In this document: one piece after another, positions 22,901 through 30,082 of the stretch | How positions within the stretch are numbered: the first letter of the stretch is position 1 | Layout of the letters: every line of letters starts with the position of its first letter | Source: an uncultured Gemmataceae bacterium | GTDB taxonomy: Bacteria > Planctomycetota > Planctomycetia > Gemmatales > Gemmataceae | DNA: 64,000 nt | Assembly: GCA_963750165.1 (NCBI GenBank) | Contig: CAVVPN010000004.1 | Location: 384,001-448,000, forward strand | Reading direction: 5' to 3' | Translations under genes and position numbers: made by a program | Notes under the pieces: generated by a model | What the model was told of the DNA's origin: nothing | The model's input: the letters and a program-made list of their open reading frames with translations, nothing else | Database searches by the model: none

Positions 22901-23465
22901 TGAAGCCGCTGTTGTCGGCGGACAGGGTCAGGGTGCCGACGCCCTCCTTGGCGAACTCCGCGCCGCTGGTGCCGGTCAGGCTGCCGGTGATGGTCAGGGT
23001 GGCGCCGAAATTGACGGTGAAGTTCTGCTGGCTGCTGGCGGCGCCGCCCAGGGTCATGTTCAGCCCGATGGTCTCGCCGGTGGCACCGCTGTTGACCAGG
23101 ACGAAGCCGGTGCCCAGGGCGGCGCTGCCCAGGGTGATGCTGTTGCCGGTCAGAGTGTAGCCGCTGCCCGAGAAGGTGATCGAATTAAAGACGGTGTTCG
23201 CGGCGAAGTCGTTGGTGGTGTTCAGCGACGATGGGCCACTGGGGAACAACAGGTCATCACCGGCGACCGGGGCGCCGCCGCTCCAGTTGGCGGCGCTGGT
23301 CCAGTTGGTATTGCCGGCGCCGCCGCCGCCGGTCCAGGAGTGGCTGGCGGGCGTCACGCGGGTTTCCAGCTGTTCCAGACTCAATCGGCGGACGGGTTGG
23401 CGATACGTCCTGGCTTGACGACCGAACAGCGACCGCAGCCAACGGCCCCAGAAGGATGGCGCCAT
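10986..23465 (-). CDS. Giant surface protein/adhesin 1 (~4159 aa): planctomycete leader, autotransporter-type beta-strand repeats, BNR beta-propeller, 10 Ig-like repeats, C-terminal DUF4214-like repeats
   Basis: RLSLEQLETRVTPA leader. Many K.G.G.L.L...NTY.G.T.V..G.L repeats. Asp-box motifs (KSTDSGKTW, RSTDAGQTW) at ~20360-18270. Ig repeats at ~14720-11620. AYLDLLQRPADPNGL..W repeats at the C-terminus. Confidence 0.9.
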   Translation of the reverse strand: MAPSFWGRWLRSLFGRQARTYRQPVRRLSLEQLETRVTPASHSWTGGGGAGNTNWTSAANWSGGAPVAGDDLLFPSGPSSLNTTNDFAANTVFNSITFSGSGYTLTGNSITLGSAALGTGFVLVNSGATGETIGLNMTLGGAASSQQNFTVNFGATLTITGSLTGTSGAEFAKEGVGTLTLSADNSGFTGPFLVDNNGGALAITAPKALGGGTNTVTVNQGGQLQVNNVAGSIPANVILLGSGITNDGALLNVTGANTWTGTITLAGNTILGITAGSLNVKGSIGDTTTANLTKEGTGQLILSAANTYHGLTTINNGILTVSNPNALGAAGTNTPQSGTVVNKTIFETGTLQLSDPTGAGFTVSNELLTLNGTGFSVASLENVNGNNTWAGNVILSSAAGVTSSNIGAAAGTKLTISGVISDPNGATSLNKVDTGELILPTVNTYRGSTTVTAGIVDIRDSQALGTGTVTVNTGTALQLEVDNIPDSVTGTTNTLSVANTLSISGLGFGGMGGALRSVSGINTYTGAITLTGAATAIGVDPDPNPTPSNSYFTNDYSLTVTGGINGTVTFDKVGTGQLILPNANSYTAPTNIQQGWITIQDPGALGPRIAGKGDDAQFVTTVFNGAALHVKPLTAGGSINLTNNLILAGLGITHPFSLISQDGALMSLGGVNTFSGTIQLNGVVGIGVELLGPSNASELTLTGFMSDFSAATPGGITKLGSRRLIIQGPGTYTGPVDIQQGVIRLQNNTGLGAATAGTTVEAGAALELYPGNPLFNAGVTAGLSVWGEHLTLNGTGNTTFGDLPLTINSDDHLWHGPISLNNAMTFNIPLGARLTVNGIIDDTGNASSSGSDLTLTGGGELDLAGANTYRGTTYVNQGVLTLQNGQALGGGAIAEQQSVTLTGAGMGTTLTLTFNGQTTAAVPITGTAGTDTAALQMALNGLSTIGGAGGSVTVSEPNPGVFSVTFGGTLAGFSQPQLTATAGGPGTVAVAITRNGAGGTVVANGAQIQLLGNITVAAEPLIIQGNGAPAVQTNADRWFNVGPAPITGGQTPNSQAVTGRVTGVAVDPSDASVIYISTADGGAWKTEDGGKSWVPLFDQESTGVVFAGAIAVAPSDPRVIYLGTGEADNSTDSYYGVGVYKSTDSGKTWTLLTGGPVPNPLNGKAVSKIVVDPANPNLIYVASGDQATNATPGSATTGGVGVWRFNGTTWLNMTTTGPTDNAALMFPQTNATWSDVALSGGMLFAALGSASGPNSGDNAVYVCANPTSNTPSWIVGGFPTARGAGTIKIAVAGGTLYAASATTGGVLLDIQTSTDGGATWMAVPTAPSNYLGTQGNYDNAIVAVNASTVIVGGEETSAVTHAGHVLETTDGGMTWTDISVDTAGNGPHTNEHALVVDPNGNVIDANDGGVWRLNAATKLWTNLNGTGLAITQFNQAAVSPTNLNTAWGASQNNGIDEYTGSQTWAEVDKGTGTGVVVDPKNPLNVYDIINNSMGKSTTGGGSGSFTPNIVAGAVNTVHVDPINDNRIVVGIGGGILESTTGGASFVNLHLVANVTALSLAEYQGTFVADPGFPLITDQGANLYNPDTIYATDGTKVYVTKDHGQTWVTRGTTLGGSISDIEVDPRNRDTVYVTRNVFGGQEVFRSTDAGQTWINVTGNLPSVPVNKLLIDPRNGYVYLGTDNGVYLSTNNGNVWSRFGLGLPNVQVTDLELNQALNVLTAATHGRSLYQFTLDNLQPNSGALSAVSGSSVWAGPIMLAGDPVNNTVTINANGNQALPNGLSVAQLNLIGSITDLTPGSDPRLVKIGQGDVILGAANTYGGVTEVQQGQLVVQNPQALGAATATGNTVVDSGAALVLESSLQSEPITLNGNGFASNGHNTGALHNVSGTNYYTGALTLNTNSTIGVDSGSSLTIGPAPTLLGTGTITDNSANYNLTKEMGGLLVLSAANPYGGTTYVNQGVLQVQNAQALGGATNGVQVLDSAQLQLQTPSLGPLAGQPVVVTGKMLTLTGTGVFGTGALLDTGGNNTWAGPITLDSLPAFSPASLPVGVVAIDVTNATDTLTIGGAIGQGVTTGLSKVGAGRLVLTQTGTYGGTTYVSAGTLRIQDPGALGNTNTAAIQRVTIGGTPTGMFTLSFNGQSTAPLAFNATAVQVQTALANLSTIGVGNVTVTLATPTTTPANVDRIFTVTFTGTLTGAQPLLTVQGNGGLSAAVSTVADGGIGTLVSSGAALELDFDPLGVGASGTVTGENLVLNGSGPTPASAGALVNVSGNNTWASPITLQTNTAIGVNSNAQLTISGILQDPAPLPAPASTLTKLGTGTLALTAANTYTGVTLVNQGVVNVANAQALGLNTTELQTITVTGTSGSFTLGFNGQTTAALPVGASMAQVQTALDGLSTIGAGGVTVTQAGGVYSVSFSGPGLAMLNQSLLIGTAIGGGTSIVVTETTAGGQGGTVVARGATLQVQGNITVPVEALQLSGPGFNNAGALENVSGFTDTWAGPITLAANSAVGVDGAADTLTLSGAIGQSGGGSQGLTLVGPGIVVMTGTAANTYTGLTQVNQGILQLDKTDGVNALAGDLAVGNGQLLSTAFAQLLAGDQIADTSAVTVNSNGTFDLNDQTETVGALTVNDGLVTTGAGVHGSQEGQLTVASLNMTGGTVAASQAGSSVTLAGNVTATSDALGSATVNGLGTLALGNATPTFTVTTGPANLDLVVSTPITGTGTAGLTKAGAGSLELTNTETYPGTTTVQAGKLFVDGPTGQIGAVALAGGTLGGTGTVGAVTAAAGGGTLEPGTTATGVYAPGILTATGDATLNNATTYQVLLGGTTPGNTLSNYNQDNVTGAVNLGNANLAVTTVNGFTPAIGTPFVIMTATGGFTNGFGNALSGQPNNFITGGMKFSATVNSMATPPQLVLQRIRANTTTVISQVSPASPSVFGTAVTLTATVTTETGITPAYTGIVTFLDGSTILGTATPNSSGVATFTTAVDQLTGGMHSITAVYDQTGVDPFFVGSTSAAVSYTITTQTTTTTITTPSPGSSAAFGTPVTVTATVTPTVGMTEPTGTVNFYNGVIDPVHYLGGGNLANVGGTATASYTITAGQLTGGAHTILAAYAPLTDPNFSASRTTTGSAFTISKAATTTTVTGESPASPVFGQAVTLSATVTPTFGTTEPTGTVSFYEGSVSAANLLGTGTLVNLLGTATATFVTMSTQLAGGNHNVVAVYTAAATEINYSGSQTTTSFPFTVSRHTTVTAFTAATPSSQTLGQPVTFTATVTPTVGTVEPTGTVSFYNGVVDMAHLLGSGTLANVSGTATASYAESGSQLTVGPHTLIAVYTPAMNETNFSGSTSSNFAFSVGQATPTVAIIVSNPNPSTLGQAVTFTAHVTGTVNGFAPTSGTVVTFKDGSTTLGTGLLDGSGNATYMTSGTQLLGSVRTITATWAGDTNYVQATSPGFSQTVTQASSTTAITANTPNPSSYGQQTVTLMAHVTGSVAGYTPTVGSLVTFKDGSTPLGTAAVNASGNAIFVTTSSTQLNAGGHTITATWAGDTDYTASTSAGVSQTVNKANSTTTLTTSNASASYGVAVLTATVAPAPSGTAGVPDGTVTFTITGSGSSVGTTTVALTNGQATLVPQPGTYSITAAFNGGSSVNFNGSTSNTINQTVFVATPSVAVTSSLTPSAYGQPVTFTATVSAPGVVVPGGAVNFVIDGTTVASGVALNASGQAVYQTASLGVSATAHGVQVSYAGNGSFAAGSSALPGGQTVTRASTTVTLTPPTTSTVWGQPATFMATVTPASGTGPTGTVTFAVDGVAQVAVPVNGQGQATFTTKTLAVGARQITATYSGDGQFNGGSRSTVLIVNAASTKEALQLSVQSVAVGAALPFTVVVVPVAPGAGTATGMVTVYVDGTAMMQVGLNNGVATGTLTGLSQGTHTLFASYTGDNHFKSTNSGVVSETVTTVTQAFVEQAYLDLLQRPADPNGLAGWSSQLDAGLMTRTQVAQALMNSDEYRMLKVNQLYEQYLSRPADPMGLSGFVSFLRGGGTLEQVAAYLIGSPEYFNGHGGGSNDGFVKALYEDALGRPVDAPSEAYWDQVLSLHVPTSQIATAILSSAEYDTDLVMGFYQTFLRRAADTNGLNGNVKYLQGGGRDEIVIAALVGSPEYLKLVGG

Positions 23466-23848
23466 CAAGGCAACCCTCAAGCAAAGGAGGAAATGGATAA
23501 GGTGGGAAGCAGGTACCAGGTACAAAAACTTTTCCCGTGTACGCTACAACGTTCCCAGGTGCCACGCAAGGAAAAACCCAAGGGAATCCGCGTTGCACCC
23601 CCGCGCAGGGGCGTTTATCTGGGCGATTTGGTAAGTGAGGAAGGATTGGCCTCGGCGCGAACGCGCTCCGATGAGTCGCGTTTCTGGTCCGGTTGAAACG
23701 GTGTGGGTTCCGGTCACACGCGCTTCATCGTATAAAGGCGTCTCTATCTTTACCACCGAATTGCTGGGAAGTTTCGTTAAATTTTGCCTGGTCTGCGCTG
23801 CGTGCCCGGCTCGGACGTTGGCGCGAAACGTAAACGAAGAAGGCCGCG

Positions 23849-26800
23849 TCACCGACTCGCCTTCAGGAACGCCACGAGGTCCGCCAGCTCCTGCCGCGAC
23901 AGCTGCTGATCCAGCCCCGACGGCATCACGGAGACGCGGCCGGGCCGCAGTTCCTCGATGTCGGCGCGGGCGATGCGCTCCTCCTTGTCGGCGGCCGGCA
24001 CCAGCATAATCTCGTCCGGCGCGTCGCGGCGGAGGATGCCGTTGTAGGTCTTGCCGTCCTGCGTGCGGACGTACACCGGTTCATAGCCGCGCACGAAGCT
24101 GGCGCTGGGGAAGACGATGGACTCCAGCAGGTCGCGCTCGGTGCGGATGCTGCCGATGCGCGTCAGGTCCGGGCCGATTTTGCCGCCGACGTAGCCGATG
24201 GTGTGGCACGCCATGCAGCTCGCCTTCGGGCTGTTGAAGACGATCTGGCCGCGGCGCACGTCGCCGGCCGGCAGCGATTTGATGAGGGTGTCGAGCCGGG
24301 CCTGCTGTTTCGCCACGTCCTCGCCGAGCGTGGCGAAGATCGCCTCCGCCTGCTTGCGGATGGCCGGGCTGTACTTCGCCAGGCGCGGCCGGGCCGATTC
24401 GGGCGTCAGCCAGGCACGGGCCTGCTTCGACTTCAGCGCCTCGACCAGGGCGGTGCCGACGGCCTCGTCGCCGCTGCGGGCGAAGGCGTCGAGGAGGCGG
24501 TTGGCCTCCATCGGCCCCACCGTCTTGAGCGACCGGGCCAGTTCGAGGAGTTGTTTGCTGTCGAGTTTGGCGCGGGCCAGCGTTTCCGCGGCCAGGCCGC
24601 GCTCGGCCGGCGGCCGGTCGCTGCGGAGGCGGTCGCGCAGGAAGTCGAACAGCTTGTCCTCGACGCGCGGCAGTCCGTCCGGCAGCGCGGCCAGGGCGGT
24701 CAGGCGCACCGCCGCGTCGGTCTTGTCGCGGGTGCCGACGTTCTGCAACGCCGCGACGAGCGCTTGAGGCCGCTGCTTCGGCCAGCGCACGGCGCGGGCG
24801 GTGGCGGCGGCGGTGGCCGTCACGTCCGCATCGCTGCTGTTAAGCGCCAATGTCAGCGCGGTAAGCCACGGCGAGGGAGTTTCCTTCATGCTCGCACGGG
24901 CCATCGCTTGAAGGGCCAGTCGGCGGGCTTCCTTCGGCACCGAGGCCCTGGCCGCCTCTTCGGCGAGCAACGATTGGATGGCCGGAGAGCGCGTCAGACG
25001 GACGAGTTGTTGCAGCAAATCTTCGCGCTCGCGGTCGGTCAATTTCGAGTCCGCGAGGCGCTGGCGGACGAAGCCGGAGAGCTTGGCGCCCCATTCGGGA
25101 TGGCGGCTGGCAATCCACCATGCAGTTTCGCGCAGGCGGGCGTCCGAGGCGGCTAATTCACGCGTCACCACTTCCGGGGTCAGTTCTTTCGCACCCATTT
25201 GATCGAGGGCGATCAAGGACGCACGACGGATGTGCGGGGAACGGTTTTCCAGTCCGCTAGCCGTCTGACTTGGGTTCGCGATTTCGATGAGCGCATAGAT
25301 CAATGAATGCTCCAGAACGCGGTCATTGTTCTTTGCGGAATTATCGACCGTTTTCAACAGCAAAGATGTGGCGATTTCGTCGAAGCCCTTGCCGAAGCTT
25401 TTGAAACGAGCCAATGCTTCCGCAGCGGCTCGCTGATTCTGTGGGCTCTTGCTATCAAGGTTCCAAAGCGCTTGAAACCAGAATCTAGAATCTAGCCGCA
25501 CAGCGATGGAATGCAGTGCCGCCTGGCGAACCGTTTCGTCAGCATCTGTCAACCTGGCAAAGTTGAATTCGCGAGCCTGGTCACCGTCGATTCGGGTGGT
25601 GGCCCACACAGCATTGCGGCGTACTTCAGCGTCGTTAGATAATCCCGCAACCCAGAGGGCAGTGAGGGCTTTTTCCCCCATCGCCCCCAACGTCTCCACC
25701 GCCCGCCGCCGCACTGCCGGCCGTGGGTCACCGAGCAACTTCGCCAACTCCTCTGGCTTGAGCTTCCTCCACGCCAGCTTCAGCCCGCGCGGATCATCCA
25801 CCTTCGGCATCCCCTTCTTGCGCACACGATAAATCGCGCCGCGCACGTCCGGCTTGACCAGCTGCGACGTGGGGCAGCACAGCTTGTACCAACCGCCGGT
25901 GTCCACGATCAGCAGGCTGCCGTCCGCGTCCTCGATCACGTCCGTCGGGTGGAAGTCCACGTTGTCGGAGACGACAAAATCCTCGTCGCGCGTCTTGAAG
26001 GTGGCGCCGTCGGGGATGAGCACGTGCCGCGTCACCTTGCGGAGGTTGAACAGCGCCGCGAACAGGTTGTTCTCGTACTCGCGGCCGAACGCCTTCGACT
26101 CGTAGCGGTGCAGCCCCGCCGGCGCCGCCGGGCCGAGGTGCGTCAGCACCGGCATCGTCGTCGGCCCCGTCCACTTGTGCTGCGGCTCGTGGATGACGTC
26201 CCAGTCCTTGCCGTAGACGCCGCCGTAGACCGCGTGGACGAGGCCGTCACGGCGGCCGTTGCCGGGGAACTGGAAGAACGTCGTCGTGAAGATGCGTTCG
26301 CCGCCGGGCGTGAACACCAGATCGACCGGGTTGTCCATGCCGCCGGTCATGACCGGCTCGACGCCGCTGCCGTCCGGCCGCGCGCGGAAGACGTGGGCGG
26401 CCCGCGTCTTGAAGGTGCCCTTGCCCGGCAGCTCATACGTCTGCGGCGCGAACGCGCCCTTGCACCAGTAAATCCAGCCGTCCGGGCCGCGATAGGGGCC
26501 GTGCAGGTCGTTGGCACAGCCGGTCAGCGTCTTGCCCTTGAACCACTCCTCGCGTTTGTCCGCGACGCCGTCGCCATCGGTGTCGGTCAGCTTCCAGATG
26601 CTCGGCGGCGCCGCCACGTACAGCGAACCGTTCAGCCACATCGTCCCCTCGGGGAACATCATCTTGTCGGCGAAAACGGTGGCCTTGTCGAATTTGCCAT
26701 CGCCGTCGGTGTCCACCAGGCGCACGATGCGGTGCGGCTTCTTCTCCAGCTGGACCGCCACCTTTTCGTTGGAGCCGGACGAATCGGAGACGTACAGGCG

Positions 26801-27025
26801 GCCCTGCTCGTCGAAGTCGGCGGTGATGGGCCGTTCGACCAGCGGCGGGCCGGCGACCAACTCGATCTCGAAGCCGGGCGGCAGCGTGAAGGTGTGACCG
26901 TTGAGCCGCACCTGGTTCGGCGCAGCGCCGGGCTGCTTTTTGTCGGGGGGCTGCTGCGTGCCCGGTATCGCGGCCGGGACGGCCAGCACCACGAGCGCGA
27001 CGATCCAGGTGGTTTGCTTCGCCAT
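23849..27025 (-). CDS. PVC-type haem-binding CxxCH protein (N-terminal dehydrogenase-like beta-propeller, HEAT repeats, cytochrome c)
   Basis: Signal peptide, LPPGFEIELVAGPPLV, DTDGDG motifs, HEAT-like VRRRAVETL, C-terminal GDVRRG..CMACH..GPDLT..ESIVFPS..S.MP.GL. Confidence 0.92.
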   Translation of the reverse strand: MAKQTTWIVALVVLAVPAAIPGTQQPPDKKQPGAAPNQVRLNGHTFTLPPGFEIELVAGPPLVERPITADFDEQGRLYVSDSSGSNEKVAVQLEKKPHRIVRLVDTDGDGKFDKATVFADKMMFPEGTMWLNGSLYVAAPPSIWKLTDTDGDGVADKREEWFKGKTLTGCANDLHGPYRGPDGWIYWCKGAFAPQTYELPGKGTFKTRAAHVFRARPDGSGVEPVMTGGMDNPVDLVFTPGGERIFTTTFFQFPGNGRRDGLVHAVYGGVYGKDWDVIHEPQHKWTGPTTMPVLTHLGPAAPAGLHRYESKAFGREYENNLFAALFNLRKVTRHVLIPDGATFKTRDEDFVVSDNVDFHPTDVIEDADGSLLIVDTGGWYKLCCPTSQLVKPDVRGAIYRVRKKGMPKVDDPRGLKLAWRKLKPEELAKLLGDPRPAVRRRAVETLGAMGEKALTALWVAGLSNDAEVRRNAVWATTRIDGDQAREFNFARLTDADETVRQAALHSIAVRLDSRFWFQALWNLDSKSPQNQRAAAEALARFKSFGKGFDEIATSLLLKTVDNSAKNNDRVLEHSLIYALIEIANPSQTASGLENRSPHIRRASLIALDQMGAKELTPEVVTRELAASDARLRETAWWIASRHPEWGAKLSGFVRQRLADSKLTDREREDLLQQLVRLTRSPAIQSLLAEEAARASVPKEARRLALQAMARASMKETPSPWLTALTLALNSSDADVTATAAATARAVRWPKQRPQALVAALQNVGTRDKTDAAVRLTALAALPDGLPRVEDKLFDFLRDRLRSDRPPAERGLAAETLARAKLDSKQLLELARSLKTVGPMEANRLLDAFARSGDEAVGTALVEALKSKQARAWLTPESARPRLAKYSPAIRKQAEAIFATLGEDVAKQQARLDTLIKSLPAGDVRRGQIVFNSPKASCMACHTIGYVGGKIGPDLTRIGSIRTERDLLESIVFPSASFVRGYEPVYVRTQDGKTYNGILRRDAPDEIMLVPAADKEERIARADIEELRPGRVSVMPSGLDQQLSRQELADLVAFLKASR

Positions 27026-27106
27026 GAGGGGGCCTCCCTACGGGCAGTGCGTGTTTCTTCCGATGTTCCGGCGATTGTACCGCCCAGGTCCGCTGGCCAC
27101 AAGCAA

Positions 27107-27228
27107 CCGCGGTCGTAGCGCCAGACTTCCGACCGGCGCTGCCGCGGTCGTAGCGGAAGTCGCCAGACTTCCGACCGGCGCTGCTCGGAAGTCTGGCGAC
27201 TTCCGCTACACCCATACGCAACGCGCTA
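27107..27228. repeat. REP-like palindrome (GTAGCGGAAGTCGCCAGACTTCCG family) with partial tandem duplication
   Basis: Arms at 27150-27173 and 27186-27209, truncated copy at 27107-27141. A near-identical unit lies at 40429-40498. Confidence 0.85.
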
Positions 27229-28092
27229 ACTTCCCCGCGCCCGTCGCTCCTCCAGATACGCCGCCAACGCCGCCCGCCACGGCCGCAGTGCCGCCACGCC
27301 CGCCGTGCTCAGCGCCGCCGGCGCCAGAACGCTGTACGGCGGTCGCCGGGCCGCGGCGTTGTATTCGCGGCTGCTGATGGCTGCCAGGTCCGGACGCAGG
27401 CCCATCATCTCGAAGATGGCCGCGGCGAACTCGAACCACGTACAGGCACCGGCACTGGTCAGGTGGTACAGGCCGTGCCGCCCCGTCCGCAGCAGCGCCA
27501 CCGTCGCGGCGGCCACGTCCACCGTGTAACTGGGCGTGCAAACCTGGTCGTTGACGACGCGGAGCAGCTGGCCCTGACTGGCCCTGCGCAACATCGTCTC
27601 GACAAAATTGCCGCCCTTGCCGCCGCTGCCCCAGACGCCGTACAGGCCGCAGGTGCGCAGGACGTAGTGCCGCGGCGCCCGCGTCCGTGCCAGGTATTCG
27701 CCCGCCAGCTTGCTCACGCCGTAGACGTTGACCGGCCCCGGCGCGTCCGTTTCGCGGTAGGGCGTGGACCGTCCGGCGTCGAGGCCGAAGACGTAATCGC
27801 TGCTGAAGTGAACGAGGGTGCAATCGAACTCGCGGCACAGGTCCGCCAGGCGGCCGACACCCCAGGCGTTGACGGCGCAGGCCACGTCGGGCTCGGACTC
27901 GGCCCGGTCCACGAAGTTGTACGCCGCACAGTTGACGACCACGTCCGGCCGGGCCGCGGCGAGGGCGGCGCGGAGCGTGTCGGGGCGCGTCAGGTCGGCC
28001 TGGGCGCGCGGCAGCGGCAGCACCTCGCCTTCCAGACGCGGGCACAGGTCGCGGCCGAGCTGGCCGGTCGCTCCAAGGACGGCGTATTTCAA
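27226..28092 (-). CDS. rfbD: dTDP-4-dehydrorhamnose reductase
   Basis: GATGQLG, VNCAAYNFVDRAE, HFSSDYVF, YGVSKLAGE, DQVCTP, RPPYSVL. TTG start. Confidence 0.95.
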   Translation of the reverse strand: MKYAVLGATGQLGRDLCPRLEGEVLPLPRAQADLTRPDTLRAALAAARPDVVVNCAAYNFVDRAESEPDVACAVNAWGVGRLADLCREFDCTLVHFSSDYVFGLDAGRSTPYRETDAPGPVNVYGVSKLAGEYLARTRAPRHYVLRTCGLYGVWGSGGKGGNFVETMLRRASQGQLLRVVNDQVCTPSYTVDVAAATVALLRTGRHGLYHLTSAGACTWFEFAAAIFEMMGLRPDLAAISSREYNAAARRPPYSVLAPAALSTAGVAALRPWRAALAAYLEERRARGS

Positions 28093-28316
28093 GGCGGGCC
28101 TCCGTTCGGTTCGTGTTGGAATTACTGATCGCGGATCTTGAGCCGGACGCGCGCACGAGCCCAGCCCTGCGTGAGGTATTTTAGCTGCGAATCATCCGCG
28201 TCTACGAGGCGCAGGGGAAAACCGTGGAAGCCGGCGCCTGGCGCGATAAGCTACTGAAGGAGCATCCCAAAAATGCCGCCGCCAGGGCGGTCAAGTAGCC
28301 GCAGCCGCGAAACCCC

Positions 28317-29318
28317 ATGCTCAGCACGCCGCGCATTAACGACTTCCTGGAGCGCCTGCCGCGCCTGGCCATCGGCGTGCTGGGCGACCTGTTCCTCGAC
28401 CGTTACCTGGACCTTGACGGCCGGCTGACGGAGCCGTCGATTGAGACGGGCCTGGACGCCTATCAGGTCACGGCGGTGCGGGCGTCTCCGGGTGCGGCGG
28501 GCACGGTGCTCAACAACCTCGTGGCCCTGGGCGTCGGCCGTGTTGTGCCCATCGCGGTGATCGGCGACGACGGCGAGGGCCACGAACTGTGGCAGGCGCT
28601 GCAACGGCTGTCGGGCGTGGACCTGACGCACGTCCGCCGCACCGACCGGCCCGGCTTCCGCACGCCAACCTACACCAAGCCGATGCTGCACCAGCCGGGA
28701 CAGCCGCCGCGCGAGCTGGACCGCCTCGACATCAAGAACCGCCGGCCGCTGCCCGAAACCGAGGCCTTCGTCTTGCAGGCGCTGACAGCGGCGTGGCCGC
28801 GGCTGGACGCGCTGGTGGTCGTCGATCAGGTCAGCGAGGCGGAGTGCGGCGTCGTGACCACGGCGGTGCGGCGGGCGCTGGCGAACCTGGGGCAGCGCGA
28901 CCCGGCGAAATTCGTGCTGGCCGACAGCCGCGCACGCATCGACCTGTTCGAGGGCGTGTCGCTGAAGCCGAACCATGCGGAGTGTGTGCGGGCGGTCGGC
29001 GGCAGTGTCGGCGAACTGGCGCGGCGCTGCGGACGGCCGGTGTTCTGCACGCTGGGCGAGCGCGGCATCCTGGTGGCGCGGCCGGGAGAGGAGGGCGAGC
29101 TGGTGCCGGGCTATCCGGTGGCGGGACCAGTCGATATTGTTGGGGCGGGCGACAGCACGAGTGCGGGCATTGCGTGTGCGCTGGCCGCCGGCGCGACGCT
29201 GACCGAGGCGGCGGCGTTCGGCAATTTGGTAGCGTCGATCACGATTCAGCAACTCGGCACCACCGGGACCGCGACGCAGGCGCAGGTGCGGCAGCGCTGG
29301 CGCGAGGTCCAGGGGTGA
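28317..29318 (+). CDS. PfkB-family carbohydrate kinase (RfaE/HldE kinase-domain-like)
   Basis: VLGDLFLDRY, PGAAGTV..NL, KPNHAE, TLGERG, DIVGAGD motifs. Confidence 0.88.
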   Translation: MLSTPRINDFLERLPRLAIGVLGDLFLDRYLDLDGRLTEPSIETGLDAYQVTAVRASPGAAGTVLNNLVALGVGRVVPIAVIGDDGEGHELWQALQRLSGVDLTHVRRTDRPGFRTPTYTKPMLHQPGQPPRELDRLDIKNRRPLPETEAFVLQALTAAWPRLDALVVVDQVSEAECGVVTTAVRRALANLGQRDPAKFVLADSRARIDLFEGVSLKPNHAECVRAVGGSVGELARRCGRPVFCTLGERGILVARPGEEGELVPGYPVAGPVDIVGAGDSTSAGIACALAAGATLTEAAAFGNLVASITIQQLGTTGTATQAQVRQRWREVQG

Positions 29319-29374
29319 GAAATGTGTTGCGACCGGCCCGGCGCGCGTTACACTCAATTCAGGAGGGATGAACG

Positions 29375-29536
29375 ATGCGAATCCCTGGACTCAAGCCGTC
29401 ACAACTGATTTTCGTCCTCGCGGTGGCTTCTGCCCTGTTCGGGGGTTATCACATCCTGGTGGAGAGCACAAAGCCGCAGCCGATACCAGATGTCCAGATG
29501 CACTACTCTGACGTTCGTGAAGGATGGATTGAATAA
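29375..29536 (+). CDS. Small 53-aa single-pass membrane protein (below the ORF-track cutoff)
   Basis: MRIPGLKPSQLIFVLAVASALFGGYHILVESTKPQPIPDVQMHYSDVREGWIE*. AGGAGG at 29361-29366. It fills the gap between two genes. Confidence 0.55.
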   Translation: MRIPGLKPSQLIFVLAVASALFGGYHILVESTKPQPIPDVQMHYSDVREGWIE

Positions 29537-29546
29537 GCGCCGACTC

Positions 29547-29825
29547 CTACGACTCCTCCAAATCCTGCTTCAGCGCGTCGCGCTCCCGCCGGGTCGCGTC
29601 GAGGTCGAACAGCAGGTACTTCACGTCCAGCTGCAATTGTTCAACCGCCTCCTGGGCGATCTGGATGAGCCGGCCCTGCAGCCGGGTGAAATAGCACACC
29701 TTGTCCACCAGCGGCCCCAGGCGGTCCACCAGCACGCGCGGCAGATGATCGATCTGCCGCTGCAACTCCACCAACTCCTGGGGCAGTTGGTCTTTCGGAC
29801 AGGCCAGGCGCATCGGTTCCGGCAC
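29547..29825 (-). CDS. Small coiled-coil hypothetical protein
   Basis: Helical ...IAQEAVEQLQLDVKYLLFDLDATRRERDAL, which I recall as a conserved planctomycete motif. GTG start assumed. Confidence 0.7.
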   Translation of the reverse strand: MPEPMRLACPKDQLPQELVELQRQIDHLPRVLVDRLGPLVDKVCYFTRLQGRLIQIAQEAVEQLQLDVKYLLFDLDATRRERDALKQDLEES

Positions 29826-30082
29826 GGGCAGCTCCTTTTCACCAGAAAAAATCCGCGAGGAGGCGATCTTCCCCTCTCTGCAATCGTGGTGCCGCAACCG
29901 TCCGTTCACAGCACTTGTTTCCTAACCGCTGCCTCATCAGATGCTTATGGCCGGACCAGTCCGATGGCGGGCCGGCGCGGATGTTAACCTTTCGCAACAA
30001 GACTGCTCTTCCCTGTTAGCGCCGCGTCTGGTAAAAGCCCTGCCCCAACTGGGGACATTCCACGCACGCGGAGGGCCCTGTC

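Noticed and set aside
25140..25690. Diversity-generating retroelement variable region
   Set aside because: No reverse transcriptase or template repeat in the window, and the patch is long and internal. Kept only as an unexplained composition anomaly.
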